Positions 1 through 13,895 of a stretch of DNA of 64,000 nucleotides are shown here, piece by piece. The number at the start of each line of letters is the position of its first letter. Within the stretch, counting starts at the first letter, position 1. Both the position numbers and the translations under genes were made by a program. The stretch is from the human T2T-CHM13v2.0 reference genome, Homo sapiens: assembly GCF_009914755.1 (NCBI RefSeq), contig NC_060934.1. One strand, written 5' to 3'. The notes under the pieces were generated by a model. That model saw nothing but the letters and a program-made list of their open reading frames with translations. It did not search any database and was not told the origin of the DNA.

Positions 1-760
1 CATTAAACCAAGTCTCCTGGTCTATATTGCCTTTTGATAAATTCATGCACTCTTTCTTTTCATGTTATCAAGTAATGAAATCCTCAGTCAATACTCTCTG
101 ATGGCCTCACCACATACATATTCACTATCTCTCAAGAGAAGAAACACACGGTTTTCTGAACTTGCTGCAAATTTCATTAAATGCATCAAACACTCTTTGA
201 TTTGAGGAACAGCAAATATTACCATGACAGAACTTAATGCCATTTTACAGTACAGAAGCACCCACTAGTCCAGATTCTAAACAAGCTGGTCATAATCCGG
301 ACCTCAGAATAACCACATGGAACATCTCCACAAGGACAAACGTGTTGGATTTCCTTTCTCTCAGGATGGCTGCATGTTAAATAATATAATCCATATAAAA
401 CCCTAAGTATAATGCTCATGAGTTTTTTTAAGGTTGTTCAATTAATAGTAACAATAACTATTATTGCAAGATACTTTCACTTTTTCTATGACAATGACCA
501 GTGATGCCTGTCTCCTGATGGGAAGCAAAGTAAATGCACAATGCCCATGTGGGGACAAAAAACACTTTCGCTTCAAGGTTCTGAGACACTGTACTAGGGA
601 CTTTAAATTTCATTTAACTTTCACATTAAATTAATGTACTATGCTTTATTTTCTTTAGTTTATAGACGAAAACACATCAGCTCAGAGAGGTTAAGTACCA
701 TACTCAATACAATATTGTTACAATATTTTCTGGACAGTGTCAGATTAAGTGCATGGGCAT

Positions 761-2381
761 TGATAGGTTGGCTGTGTCTGCACCCAAATCTCATCTTGAG
801 TTGTAGTTCCCATAATCCCCACATGTCTTGGGAAAGACTGAGGGGAAAGTAATTGAATCACAAGGGTGGTTACCCTCATGCTACCATTCTCATGATAGTG
901 AGTAAGTTCTCACGAGACCTGATGGTTTCATAAGGGGCTTTCCCCCTATTGCTCGGCAGTTCTTCTTGCTGATAAGTAATGAGGAGCCAAATGCTAACTG
1001 CCAAGACAATGGGGAAAATGTCTCTAGGGAGTCAGAGACCTTTTCAGCAGCCTCTCCCATCACAGGCCCAGTGGCCTAGAAGAGAAAAATGGTTTCCTAG
1101 GTGGGGTCAAGGGCCCCTTTGTTGTGTGCAGCCTCGGGCTTGGTGCTCTACATCCCAGCGGCTCCAACCATAGCTAAAAGGAGCCAAGGTACAGCTCGGG
1201 ACGTGGCTTCAGAGGGTGCAAGCCCCAGACTTGGCAGCTTCCACATGGTCTTGAGCCTGCAGGTACAGAGAAGTCAAAAATTGAAGTTTGGGAACCTCCA
1301 CCTAGATTTCAGAGAATGTATGGAAAGGCCTAGATGTCCAGGCAGAAGTTTGCTGCAGGGACAGGGCCCTCATGGAGGAACCTCTGCTAAGGCAGTGCAG
1401 AAGGGTAATGTGGGGTTGGAGTCCCCACAGAGAGTCTCTGCTGGGGCACTGCCCAGTGGAGTTGTGAGAAGTGGGCCACCACCCTCCAGAACCCAGAATG
1501 GTAGATCCACCAACAGCTTGCACTGTGTACCTGCAATAGCCGCAGACACTCAAAGCCAGCCCCTGAAAGCAGCCAGGAGGGGGTGCTGTATTATGCAAAG
1601 CCACAGCTGTGGAGCTTCCCAAGGCCATGTTAGCCCACTTCTTTCATCAGCATGACCTGGATGTGGGACATGGAGTCAAATGAAAACATTTTGGAGCTTT
1701 AAAATTTGACTGCCCTGCTGGATTTTGGAATTGTATGGGGCCTGTAACCCCTTTGTTTTGGCCAATTTCTCCCATGTGGAATGGCTGTATTTACCCAATG
1801 CCAGTATCCCCACTGTATCTAGGAAGTAACTAAATTGCTTTTGATTTTACAGGCTCATAGGCAGAAGGGACTTGCCTTGTTTCTGATGAGATTTTTGACT
1901 TGGACTTTTGGGTTAATTCTGGAATGGGTTAAGTCTTTGGGGGAATGTTGGGAAGGGATGATTGTGTTTTGAAATGTGAGGACATGAGATTTTGGAGAGG
2001 TCAGGGGTGGAATTTTATGGTTTGGCTGTGTTTCCACCCAAATCTCATCTTGAATTGTAGTTCCTACAATCCCCATGTGTCATGGGAGGACCAGGTGGAA
2101 ATAATTGAATCACGAGGGTGGGTTTCCTCCATCCTGTTCTCATGGTAGTTAGTTAGTTCTCATGATATCTGAATGGTTTTATAAGGGGCTTTCCCCTTCA
2201 CTGGGCTTTCATTCTCTCTCCTGCCCCCTGTGAAGAGGTATGTTTTGCCATGATTGTAAGTTTCCTGTGGCCTCCCCAGCCATGTGGAACTGTAAGCCAA
2301 TTAAGCCTCTTTTCTTTATAAATTTCCCAGTCTTGGAGTCTTGGGTATTTCCTTACATCATCATGAGAATGGACGGATACA
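761..2381 (+). mobile_element. THE1-type MaLR element (THE1C/D-like): truncated 5' LTR ~761-970, partial internal region ~971-2015, 3' LTR ~2016-2381
   Basis: Starts TGATAGGTTGGCTGTGTCTGCACCCAAATCTCATCTTG. Second LTR starts TATGGTTTGGCTGTGTTTCCACCCAAATCTCATCTTGAATTG and ends GGACGGATACA. The internal part has THE1-int hallmarks (GGATGTCCAGGCAGAAGTTTGCTGCAGGG-like, CTAGGAAGTAACTAA). GCAT lies on both flanks. Confidence 0.92.
850..860 (+). promoter_or_regulatory. DUX4-type motif TAATTGAATCA in the 5' THE1 LTR (second copy at 2102-2112 in the 3' LTR)
   Basis: Exact match to TAAYBBAATCA. THE1/MaLR LTRs are established DUX4 targets. Binding at this locus is not shown. Confidence 0.45.
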
Positions 2382-2534
2382 GCATCTAATTGATAATAGG
2401 AAGTTAAGGGTATCACTGCCACAACCCTGACCTTTTCAGACAAAAATGGCAACTTGCAATAATCATGATCTATAATGATATGAAGGCTTCTCAGTTTCTA
2501 TATACTTGAGTAGCAGCATTTATACCTTAAACTT

Positions 2535-2905
2535 TCTTTGTCAGTGTGGGCTGCTATAACAAAATACCATAGATTAGGTGGCCTAAATAAGAAACATTTA
2601 TTTCTCACAGTTCTGGTGGCTGGAGATCCAAAATCGAGGTGCCAGCAGGGTCAGGTTCTGGGAGGGTCTTCTTTCTGCTTTGCAGACAGTCATAGTCTTG
2701 CTGCATCTTCAGCAAGAAGAGATAATCTAGAGAGAGATAATCTCTTTGGTGTCTCCTTTTAGAAGGGCAATAATCCCATTCATGATGGTTCAAATCTTCA
2801 TGAGCTAATCATCCCCCAAAGGCCCCACTTCCAAATTCTATTGCGTTGGGAATTAGAACATCAATGTACAAATTTTTGAGGGACACAAGCATTCAATCCA
2901 TAGCA
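2535..2905 (-). mobile_element. MLT1A/MLT1A0-type MaLR solo LTR
   Basis: GCTGCTATAACAAAATACCATAGA...TTTATTTCTCACAGTTCTGG...CCCAAAGGCCCCAC...GGGACACAAGCATTCAATCCATAGCA is the reverse complement of the MLT1A LTR. Confidence 0.85.
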
Positions 2906-3149
2906 TAAACCCTCTGTGAAAACCAGACTAGCTGCTTGGCATCTTTGCCTCTGACTACACTGAACTCGCTACCTGGAGTGCCTTCATTTGTTCTCTGGCA
3001 ATGTGAATATTCCTCAGACCTAAGGCCCAATTTGAGCCACTTCTCTGCAATGCGATGCATAGATTTCCTTATTTTAGCTCTCCCTGAATTTGTATTTCAT
3101 GGTTAATCGTCTGCACCATGCAGCCACTAAGTTTATCTAGCATGGGTGT

Positions 3150-3400
3150 TTTGTTAGATACTTTTTGGTTGAAAGTGACATATATCATTTAAAATATCTT
3201 AATCAAGTGAGGAAAATGTAATAGAAGAACAAAAAGATTTCTCTGGAATCTTAAACAGGTCACAGAGCTGGGCCTTGAGAAGGACTTGAGCCAGGATTTG
3301 GAAGACTAATGCAGACATAGATGCTATTTACCCTCACTCCCTCTCTTTTCTTCTTGGAGCTCACCTCTGCTGTAGTAATCTCTGGATCCCTGGTTTCAGT
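3150..3400 (-). mobile_element. Possible ancient MLT1J/K/L-type LTR remnant
   Basis: GTTAGATACTTTTTGGTTGAAAGTGACA resembles the terminus of old MLT1 LTRs; the rest is highly diverged. Confidence 0.35.
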
Positions 3401-3497
3401 ACCATCAAACTTATCATGGACAGTGAGTGATAGGCTACTATTGAATAATACAGATTGATCCAGACCTTTTAAACTTATCTGACTATAGCCCATCTAG

Positions 3498-3867
<370 letters not shown>

Positions 3868-4059
3868 CAACAATATACACATATTCTCTCCATTTTCATG
3901 TTTCATAGCTCTTCAATTCTTTGTGACAAAGCTTTTTGTTTCTGGTATGAGATTAAAACAGTTAATATTTATAAAAATAATTAGATAGTGTCTAAAACAT
4001 TGTAATCGTAGCCCAAATGTTTGTTAAATTCACTGGCAAGCATGCTCTATTTTAAGCAT

Positions 4060-6880
4060 TTTATTTCATTTTTTCATTTTTTTAATTGAAATTTTTTTTT
4101 ATTTCAATAGGTTTTTTGGGGAAGAGATGGTGTTTGGTTTCATGAATAAGTTTTAATAGTAATTTCTGAGATTTTGGTGAACTCATCACCCAAGCAGTGT
4201 ACACTGTACCCAATATGTAGTCTTTTCTTCCACCCCATCCTTTCCCCTGAGTCCCCAAAGTCCAATATATCATTCGTATGCCTTTGAGTCCTCATAGCTT
4301 AGCTCCCACATAAGAGTGAGAACATATATTGTTTGGTTGTCCATTCCTGTGTTACTTCATTTAGAATAATAGTCTCCAATTCCATCCAGGTTGCTGTGAA
4401 TGCCATTATTTTGTTCCTTTTTTGGCTGAGTAGCATTCCATGGGGTGTGTGTGTGTGTATTTATATATATAAAATAATGTTTTATATATATATATATATT
4501 ACATTCTATCTACTTGTTGATTGATGGGCATTTGGGCTAGTTCTATATTTTTGCAACTGCAAATTGTGCTGTTATAACCATGGGTGTGCAAATATCTTTT
4601 TTTGTATAATGACTTCTTTTCCTTTGGGTAGATACCTGGTAGTGGGATTGATGGGTCAAAGAGTAGATCTACTTTTAGTTCTTTAAAGAATCACCACACC
4701 ATTTTCCGTAGTGGTTGTGCTAGTTGTGCTAGTTTCCCACCAGAAGGTAAAAATGTTCCCTTTTCAACCCATCCCCATCAACATTTATTATTTTTTTGTT
4801 TTTTTGATTATGGCCATTCTTGCTGGAGTGAGGTTCTATTGCATTGCGGTTTTGATTTGTATTTCCCTGATAATTAGTGATGTTGAGCATTTTTTCATAT
4901 GCTTATTGGTCATTTGTGTATCTTCTTTTGATAATTGTCTATTCATGTCCTTAGCCCACTTTTTGATGGGATTGTTTTTTGTTTGTTTGTTTGTTTGTTT
5001 GCTTTTCTAGCTGATTTGTTTGAGATCTTTGCAGATTCTGGATATTAGTCCTTTGTCAGATGTATAGATTTTGAAGATTTTCTCCCACTCTATGGGTTGT
5101 CTGTTAATTCTACTGATTATTTCTTTTGCTGTGCAGAAGCTTTTTAGTTTAATTAAGTCTCATCTATTTATCTTTTTTTTGTTGTTGCATTTGCTTTTAC
5201 GTTCTTGCTCATGAAGTCTTTGCATTTGCTTTTAGGTTCTTGCTCATGAAGTCTTTGCCTAAGCCAATGACTAGAAGGGTTTTTTCTGATATTTTCTAGA
5301 ATCTTTATGGTTTCAGGTCTTAGATTTAAGACCTGTCCATCTTGAATTGATTTTTGTGTAAGGTGAAAGATGAAGATCCAGCTTCATTCTTTTACATGTG
5401 GCTTGTCAATTATTCCAGCACCATTTGTGGAATAGGGTGTCCTTTCCCCACTTTATGCTTTTGTTTGCTTTGTCTAAGATCAGTTGGCTATAAGTATTTG
5501 TCTTTATTTCTAGGATCTCTATTCTGTTCCATTGATCTATGTGCCTATTTTTATATCAGTACGATGCTCTTTTGGTGACTGTGGCCTTATAGTACAGTTT
5601 GAAGTCAGATAATGTGATGCCTCCAGATTTGTTATTTTTGCTTAGTCCTGCTTCGGCTATGCAGGGTTTTTTGGTTCCATATGAATTTTATAATAGTTTT
5701 TTTCTAATTTATTCCACTGTGGTCTGAAAGAATACTTGATACAATTCAATATTCTTAAATTTATTGAGACTTGTTTTGTGGCCTATCATATGGTCTCTCT
5801 TGGAGAATGTTCCATGTACTGATGAATAGAATGTATATTTTGCAGTTGTTAGGTAGAATGTTCTGTAAATATCTGTTAGGTTCATTTGTTCTAGGGTACA
5901 GTTTAAGTCAATATCTTTGTTGACTTTCTGTCTTGATGACCTGTCTAGTGCTGTCAGTGCAGTATTGAAGTCCCCCACCATTATTGTGTTGCCATCTATC
6001 TCATTTCTTAGGTCTAGTAGTAATTGTTTTATAAATAAGGGGGCTCCAGTGTTAGGTGCATATATATTTAGAATTGTTATATTTTCCTGTTGGACAAGGC
6101 CTTTTATCATTACATAATGTCCCTCTTTGTCTTTTTTTTTAACTGCTGTTGCTTTGAAGTTTGTTTTGTCTGATATAAGAATAGCTACTAGGGCTTGCTT
6201 TTCATGTACATTTGCATGGAATATCTTTTGTCACACCTTTATCTTAAGTTTCTGTTAGTCTTTATGTGTTAGATGTGTCTCCTGAAGACACCAGAAACAT
6301 GGTTGGTGAATCCTTATCCATTCTGCCACTCTGTATCTTTTAAGTGGAGCATTTAGGCCATTTACATTCCATGTTAGTATTAAGATGTGAGGTACTATTC
6401 TATTCATCATGCTGTTGGTTGCGAGAATACCTTGTTTTTGTTTTGTTTTGTTTTTCATTGTGTCATTGTTACATAGGTCCTGTGAGATTTATGCTTGAAG
6501 AGATTCTGCTTTGTGTATTTTGAGGGTTTATTTCAAGAGTTAGAGCTCCTTTAGCAGTTCCCGTAGTGCTGGTTTGATAGTGGTGAATTCTCTGAACATT
6601 TGTTTGTCTGGAAAAGACTGTATCTTTCCTTCATTTATGAAGCTTAGTATCACTGGACACAAAATTCTTGGCTTATAATTGTTTTGTTTAAGGAGGCTAA
6701 AAATAGAACCCCAGTCCCTTCTAGCTTGTAGGGTTCCTGCTGAGAAATCTGCTGTTAATCTGATAGGTTTTCCTTTATAGGTTACCTGATGTTTTGGTCT
6801 CACAGCTCTTAAGATTATTTCCTTCATCTTGACTTTGGATAACCTGATGACTGCATACCTAGGCAATTATCTTTTACGAT
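4060..6880 (-). mobile_element. L1PB-type LINE-1, 5'-truncated in ORF1, with a large internal ORF2 deletion at ~5705-5710
   Basis: L1PB-type 3' UTR at 4090-4400. Endonuclease peptides [15 protein letters not shown] (5709-6110) and ILTWNVNGLN..CLQETH (6255-6458). ORF1 C-terminal peptide KGKPIRLTADFS..QARRDW (6540-6866). Confidence 0.92.
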
Positions 6881-7606
6881 GAAGACCAGAGACAAAAAGA
6901 GTCTCGTTACTCTGAGAAGGAGACAGACTTGTGCTAAGAAGCACACACTTAGGAACATGGAATTGAAGTTGGTCTTGAAATCCCAAGCAACTTTTTTTTT
7001 CCCCCAAAGGCAAGTCTAGTAATGGCCTCAGGTACTAGGTGGTTCTCTCATCATGTACCATGTAAACACTTTTATTAAATACTTACTTGCAGTTTTATAA
7101 TATATTCATTTGTAATAGCAAGCATGATGTTTTGTCAATGCTCTTAAGACATTCTGCAAATCTCAAATGACTGCAAAAATAATGAAACTGAGTTTTTAAA
7201 CATATATGCCAGAATTTATGCATATATGGTATAAATTTTGTTGTTTTCATATGTAAAATAAGAGTATAATACTTACTCTTTAGAGGCTGCATTTTATGCA
7301 AAGCCTTTAGTTTTAGGTTTATATAACAAATCTCTTAGTTAACCATAGTTTTAAAGATTACTGTCTTTATAAAGTACTCCATTCCTGGGGCCTAAGAACA
7401 GTTAATTTATATTTTAAGAAGTTCCACTAACAAAACAAACTACTTGTGTTACTTCACTACATGCTTCTGCCTGCCCCTTCCCAAATTATTCCATTCTCCC
7501 TCTGAAGCCCTTTCTATCAACTGTCTTCTAACTTATTTGAATGCAGCTTGCCTGCAATTATAAAGTTTTCCAAACTTTATAATTTCCTTCTCAGAATGTA
7601 AGGCCC

Positions 7607-7919
<313 letters not shown>

Positions 7920-9308
7920 GTTCCAGTTTTGTGCCTGTAGGACTAGTCCTGCCCTCTAAGTTGAAAGTTGAATGAAATGTATCTTCACAATTAATTCCAG
8001 AGTCTTAATACTTACCTCTAATCAAAATTTAGAGCATGCCAACTATTCTTTGCCTATTTCAATACCATCAATCCCCTTGCACTCAATGTACATGACAGAT
8101 TCTAAATTGAGAAACATCTAGATGGAGAAAACATGAGCCCTGTAACACGTCTGTCATGGCTGAGACATCGTTGCTAAAAACTGTATCAGCTAATAATCAT
8201 CAGACGATGCAAGGGCAGGATGTGAAGCCACTTAAGAGGAACAGAATGTGCCATTTTATATTCTCATTTTCACCAGTAGTAAATAAGGCAGCAGATTTCA
8301 GCCTGTATTGCAAACAAGGAACAGTGAAAGAAGAAAAATAGATCTTATGGTTTTTAAATAAAAGACTATGTTACCCCTCATTCCTCTTTTTGGTACCACT
8401 GCCATGCCCCCTTTTAAAGATTTTATTTATTTATTTATTTATTTATTGAAATGTCCTTAATTTTAATTTGGCCCAACTATTGAGACAGGAATACTAGAGG
8501 TCAAGTCATCAGGACAATTGAAGGCTGACAGTATAAAAGCAGGAGAAAAATGTTTTGACCTTTCCTGCCTTAAAATTCTCTAATTAGGAAGCTTAGAATT
8601 CCAGGCCCAGAGATGGCCTAGTTTTAACTGGGTTAGAGTTATAGATAGATGTAGGAGTATGGGGATACACTCCTGCACTGTGCCCTTAAGTCATAAGTAG
8701 TGTTGGTGGTGGTGGTGGAGAAAATGGTTGATTAACACATGACTAATCATCAGAGAAAGGTAAATCAAAGCCACAGTGATTTACCACCTCACTCCTGTTA
8801 AAATGGCTATTATCAAAAAGATAAAAGATAATGACTATTGGTGAGGATGTGAAGAAAAAGGAGCACCTGCACACGGTGGGAATATAATTAGTAAAGCCAC
8901 TATGAAAAACACTATGAGCATTCCTCAAAAAATTGAAAATAAAACTATCAATTGATCCAGCAATCTTACTACTTTCTATCTATTCAAATGAAATGAAATC
9001 AGTAGTTAAAGAGATATCTGTACTCTCATGTTCATTGCAGCACTATTCATAATAGCCAAGATACAGAATCAACTTAAGTGACTGTCAACTGATGAATGGA
9101 TAAAAAAAAAACCTGTGGTGGGGTATGTGTATGCGTACATATTATACACATACTTACATACAATGAAATAAGCCAGGCACATACAGACAAATAGCAAATG
9201 ATCTCACTCATACATGACTCTAAAGAAGGTAATTTCATAGAAAGCAGAATGATGGTTACCAGAGGCTTGGTTGTATAGGGGAGAGAGAGGTTTGGAGAGA
9301 TGTATTTC

Positions 9309-9812
9309 TTTTTTTTTTTTTTTAATTTTATTATTATTACACTTTAAGTTTTAGGGTACATGTGCGCAATGTGCAGGTTTGTTACATATGTATACATGTG
9401 TCATGTTGGTGTCCTGCACCCATTAACTCGTCATTTAACATTAGGTGTATCTCCTAATGTTATCCCTCCCCCCTCCCCCTACCCCACAACAGTCCCGGGA
9501 GTGTGATGTTCCCCTTCCTGTGTCCATGTGTTCTCATTGTTCAATTCCCACCTATGAGTGAGAACATGCGGTGTTTGGTTTTTTGTCCTTGCGATAGTTT
9601 GCTGAGAATTATAAATCATGCTGCTATAAAGACACATGCACACATATGTTTATTGCAGCACTATTCACACTAGCAAAGACTTGGAACCAACCCAAATGTC
9701 CAACAACGATAGACTGGATTAAGAAAATGTGGCACATATACACCATGGAATACTATGCAGCCATAAAAAATGATGAGTTTATGTCCTTTGTAGGGACATG
9801 GATGAAACTGGA
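9309..9812 (-). mobile_element. Short L1PA3/4-type insertion with 5' inversion (twin priming)
   Basis: poly(T) and antisense 3' UTR at 9309-9609, then a sense segment at 9610-9812. 16-bp TSD TGGAGAGATGTATTTC at 9293-9308 and 9809-9824; endonuclease-type site TTTC/AA. Confidence 0.95.
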
Positions 9813-10015
9813 GAGATGTATTTCAAAGTATAAATAATTACAATTAGAGAGAAGAAAAAAGTTCAAGAAATCTACTGTATAGCATGTGACTATAGTTAAC
9901 AATGATATATTGTATTCTTGAAAAGTGCTAAGACAGTGGATGTTAAATGTTTTCACCACACAAATATGGCAACTGTGAGGTAATGTATTTGTTAATTATC
10001 TAGATTTAAATATTC

Positions 10016-10018
<3 letters not shown>

Positions 10019-10063
<45 letters not shown>
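10019..10063. repeat. (TA)n microsatellite
   Basis: about 22 perfect TA units. Confidence 0.97.
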
Positions 10064-10068
<5 letters not shown>

Positions 10069-13000
10069 CTTCAAAATATTATGCTGTACATAATTAATAC
10101 AATTTTACCCATCAAATTAATAAATAAATAAATTTGGAAACAAAAAAAGAAATCAGTACTGAAGCAGACTTTTCATTTTGGAAATGTTCAATGGGCCTAG
10201 TTTGGAAGGGCAAATGTTGGAAGACTCTATTGCTTTCTCTACACAGGCAAACTAGTGAAAAGAATGAGAAACTAGGAAGAGAAATTGAGCCCCAGTTTCC
10301 TTGTGTGATATCACTGAAGCTACAAATGTTGTCTCTCATTGCATCAGTGGCAAGATTTTTACAGTAATAAGCAACTGGTCACTGTGTTAGGTCTGTCCGT
10401 CTGGAAGGGGACAGAGGCTAATCTATTTTCCTACCCATGATGCAGAAAGATGACCTGTGAGAGCTCAACTGCAGCAACTCAAATCTCCTCAGTCCCTAAC
10501 AATTCAAACCATCCTAAATAAATCCACAACCTAAGCAAAATTCACGTTCTTTATATTCAACTATAGTTCCAAAACAAGGTTTTTTTAGCCCCCACTTTCA
10601 AACAGGTTGTTCCATTTCTGTATGGAAAATCAATAATATTCATGGTTCTCAACCCAATCTTTAAAATTATCAAAGCATCAAAAATAACACCAACAACTTT
10701 GAACAAGAGATTGTTCCCCCAGCCAGCCTCATAAACATGATTAAAGGTCTGAGCTGATGAGTTAATTATTGTTCAAATGTTACTCACTCATAAATTTATA
10801 CTAAACCAATCTGGGCTCAACAATGATAATGTTTTGACTGTAAATTCACCTTCCTTCATTATTATAGCCTTGGCTTTGTTGCATATTATTAGAGCAAGTT
10901 AGCTGGTTTTCCTTTCCTTGGGGATGAGAGCAGAGAGATAAACTGCCAAACAAAACCAGATTTTAGAGGGCAGTCTATCACAGCTTCTATGAAGTCAGAA
11001 AGTTTATTAAGCTTAAATGTTCAGTACAATAGTTGAAACCCATGTTAAATTGATGAACTTTTGTTTTAGTTGCATTCAATTACTCTTGTGATATTAATTC
11101 CAAGATCATAGATGTTGCAATTTGCTATTGAAATGGCATTTTATCCCCTAAGAAATGTGATTTGGAATTAAGAATATCAAAGACAATTTATTCTGAGCTC
11201 ACATTTAAGAGAGGAGCAGTTGGTTGGGTGTAACTCATACCCATTTTTCCCTCAAAAAGACACATATTTTTTCCTCCTATCTTCCATAATAATCTAGTCT
11301 AAATATTATTATTTGATAAGTTAAATTAAGGATACTCTGGAATTATACAGATTAATAATTCTGAATGCGATAATCATCATTCACTGATAAAATTATTTTC
11401 TTCCTGGCCACTCTGCCTCCAATTCATTACCCCAAGAATAAGAATTATTCTAAAACGTTTAACAAACATTATTTTCCACATGTTGTTTTCCTTTTTAGTA
11501 ATATACTCGAATTATATCTCAATATGCATACCAGTTAGTCTACATGTTTGCTATAGTAATAAGCTGTTGGGAAAAAAAAGTGTGGATAGAACTTTTACTC
11601 ATTATTTCAATTATCTTTGTCATAGTAATTATGGTTATATAATTACTAGACTGGCTTTTGAAACTTGAACAACGTTTTCTATTTTAAAAAAGTTCTTTAG
11701 AGCTGAAGATTAAATGGTATTTTATGACAAACATTATAATGATCTTATCAAGTTCTAGGATTAAAAGCAGCACCAATAGTACACTAGCTCTTGCATTCCT
11801 GGAAATAATTAGCCAGCATTTCTTTTTTGCATTCCATTCTCTCAAATTTAAAAGTGGCCTGGATTACTTCTAGAGGCCAAGGAAAAAGTCATCTCAGTTT
11901 GAAGCCATTGGCCAACATAAAAATCACAGAATGCTTTAAATCAGAATAACTACCTGACCTCTAGGAAAAAAAAAAAGATGTGAGATGCAGCCTCAGATAA
12001 TTGAGTTCACCCAAGCATTGCTTTTTTAAATAAAGGGAAAAACTCCAGGTTAAAGGACTATCTCATGGCATCTCAAGGCCAAGTATCTGTTGAGCATTAC
12101 ATGTGACACCTATGTTTTACAGAAAATAAGGTACTAATGCCAGAATACCACCTCACCAACACACTGCCTTTAAGAGATAAATTCCACAACAGACAAGTAA
12201 TTAATCTTAACAAAAATATGTATACCTTTGTCCTTGAAACTGGTTATTCATATGTTTTTGGCGTTACATGCCAAATTAAACACATTGAAGCAGACTCCCC
12301 AAATAAACTTTCATCCAATATAACATTAGTTTATATTGATAGAGCAATATGTTAGTCTAATACTTCAAATTATATGAATAGAATCTTCTTTGATGGCCAA
12401 AAATGTTCATATATCAATAAAACAATTTTTTGAATACAAAATATAACAACAGAGGAAATGTGACATATTACTGGCCCATGATCCACTAGAACAAAAACAA
12501 CCAAAATTTTACTCCTCCTTAAAGGCTATTACAGTACTAGAAAAATTATAAAAACAATTTTTCCAGGGCTCTGAAAATTAACCAAAGGCTTTCAACAATC
12601 TGAGTAATCTTTTTTCAAGAAAAATACCTGTCTCATTTTTAACAAAATATTTTAAGACACATAAAGAAACAGAAAAATATGTCCCATATATGTGAATGAA
12701 AACAAATAAATAGAAACTATCCCTGAGGAACCTCATATGTTGGAGTTATTGGACAAAACTTTAAATCTGCTCTCCAAAGAACTGAAGAAAGAAATGTCTA
12801 AAAACTAAAGGTAAACATGAGAATGATGTTTTACCAAACAGAGAAAATTGATAAAAGAGAGAAATGATTTAAAAAAAAAGAACGAAATAGATTCTGGAGT
12901 TTAAAAGTACAATAACTAAGATTTTTAAAAATTACAGAAAATTTGAGCTGGCTGAAGAAAAAAAATAACAAATGTGAAGACAGGTCAATTGAGATTATCC

Positions 13001-13495
13001 ATTCTGTTAAATAGAAAGGAAAAAACAGAAGAACGAAGAAAAATTAAGAGAAACTCAGGACACCATCAAACATCGCAACACTTGTATAATAGACATATTA
13101 AAAGGAGAGAAGAGAGGAAAAAAGAAAATAAATCAGGAAATAATTGCTGACAACTTTCCAAAGTTGAAGGAAAACAATATTTTGCACATCTGAGAAGCTC
13201 AACACTCTTTAAACAGAATAAACTCAAAGGTGGTTACACGAGAGACATCATCATCAAATTGCTCAGAAGAAAGACAAAGAGAGAATTTTGAAAGCAGAAA
13301 GAACAAACCGACTTATTACATACTAGGTCCTCAATGAAATTAACAAGCTGCAATATTAGAAATCATTAGGGCCAGAAGGCAGTGGGATGACATGTTTAAA
13401 GTGCTATTAATAAAATAAAATTATTGTAAACCAAAAGTTTTATATCTAATATAACTATCTTTAAAAAATAATGGCAAAATTAATAAATTCCCAGA

Positions 13496-13895
13496 TGATA
13501 ATGGTTTAGACCTGTGTCCTCGCCCAACTCTTATCTTGAATTGTAATTTCCATGTGTGGAGGGAGGGACTTGTAATCCCCATGTGTTGAGGGAGGGAGGT
13601 GATTGGATCATGAGGGCGGTTTTCCCCATGCTGTTCTCATGATAGTGAGTGAGTTCTCATGAGATCTGATAGTTTTATAAGTGTTTGGAAGTTACTACTC
13701 TATTCCTCTCTCTCTCTCATTCTCTCTCTCACCTGCTGCCATGTTAAGATGTGCCTGCTTCATCTTCCACCATGATTATAAGTTTCCTGAGGCCTCCTCA
13801 GCCATGCAGAACTGTGAGTCAATTAAACCTCTTTTCTTTATAAATAACCCAGTCTCATGCATTTCTTTATAGCAGTGTGAGAACAGACTAATGCA
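13496..13895 (+). mobile_element. MSTA/THE1D-type MaLR solo LTR
   Basis: TG...CA termini; typical CCATGATTATAAGTTTCCTGAGGCCTCC..GTGAGTCAATTAAACCTC; perfect 5-bp TSD CCAGA at 13491-13495 and 13896-13900. Confidence 0.93.

Larger units (their letters stand above)
8742..10132 (+). mobile_element. Old L1MA-type (MA6-8-like) 3' end, interrupted by a young L1 (9309-9812) and a (TA)n tract
   Basis: ORF2 C-terminal remnant (CTAATCATCAGAGAAAGG..GGTGAGGATGTGAAGAAAAAGG) and L1MA 3' UTR (GTTCAAGAAATCTACTGTATAGCATGTGACTATAGTTAA) ending in an AATAAA-rich tail. Confidence 0.85.

Noticed and set aside
1101-1655. 184-aa ORF
   Set aside because: Starts at GTG and lies wholly in THE1 internal sequence; a decayed MaLR ORF remnant with no evidence of being a host gene
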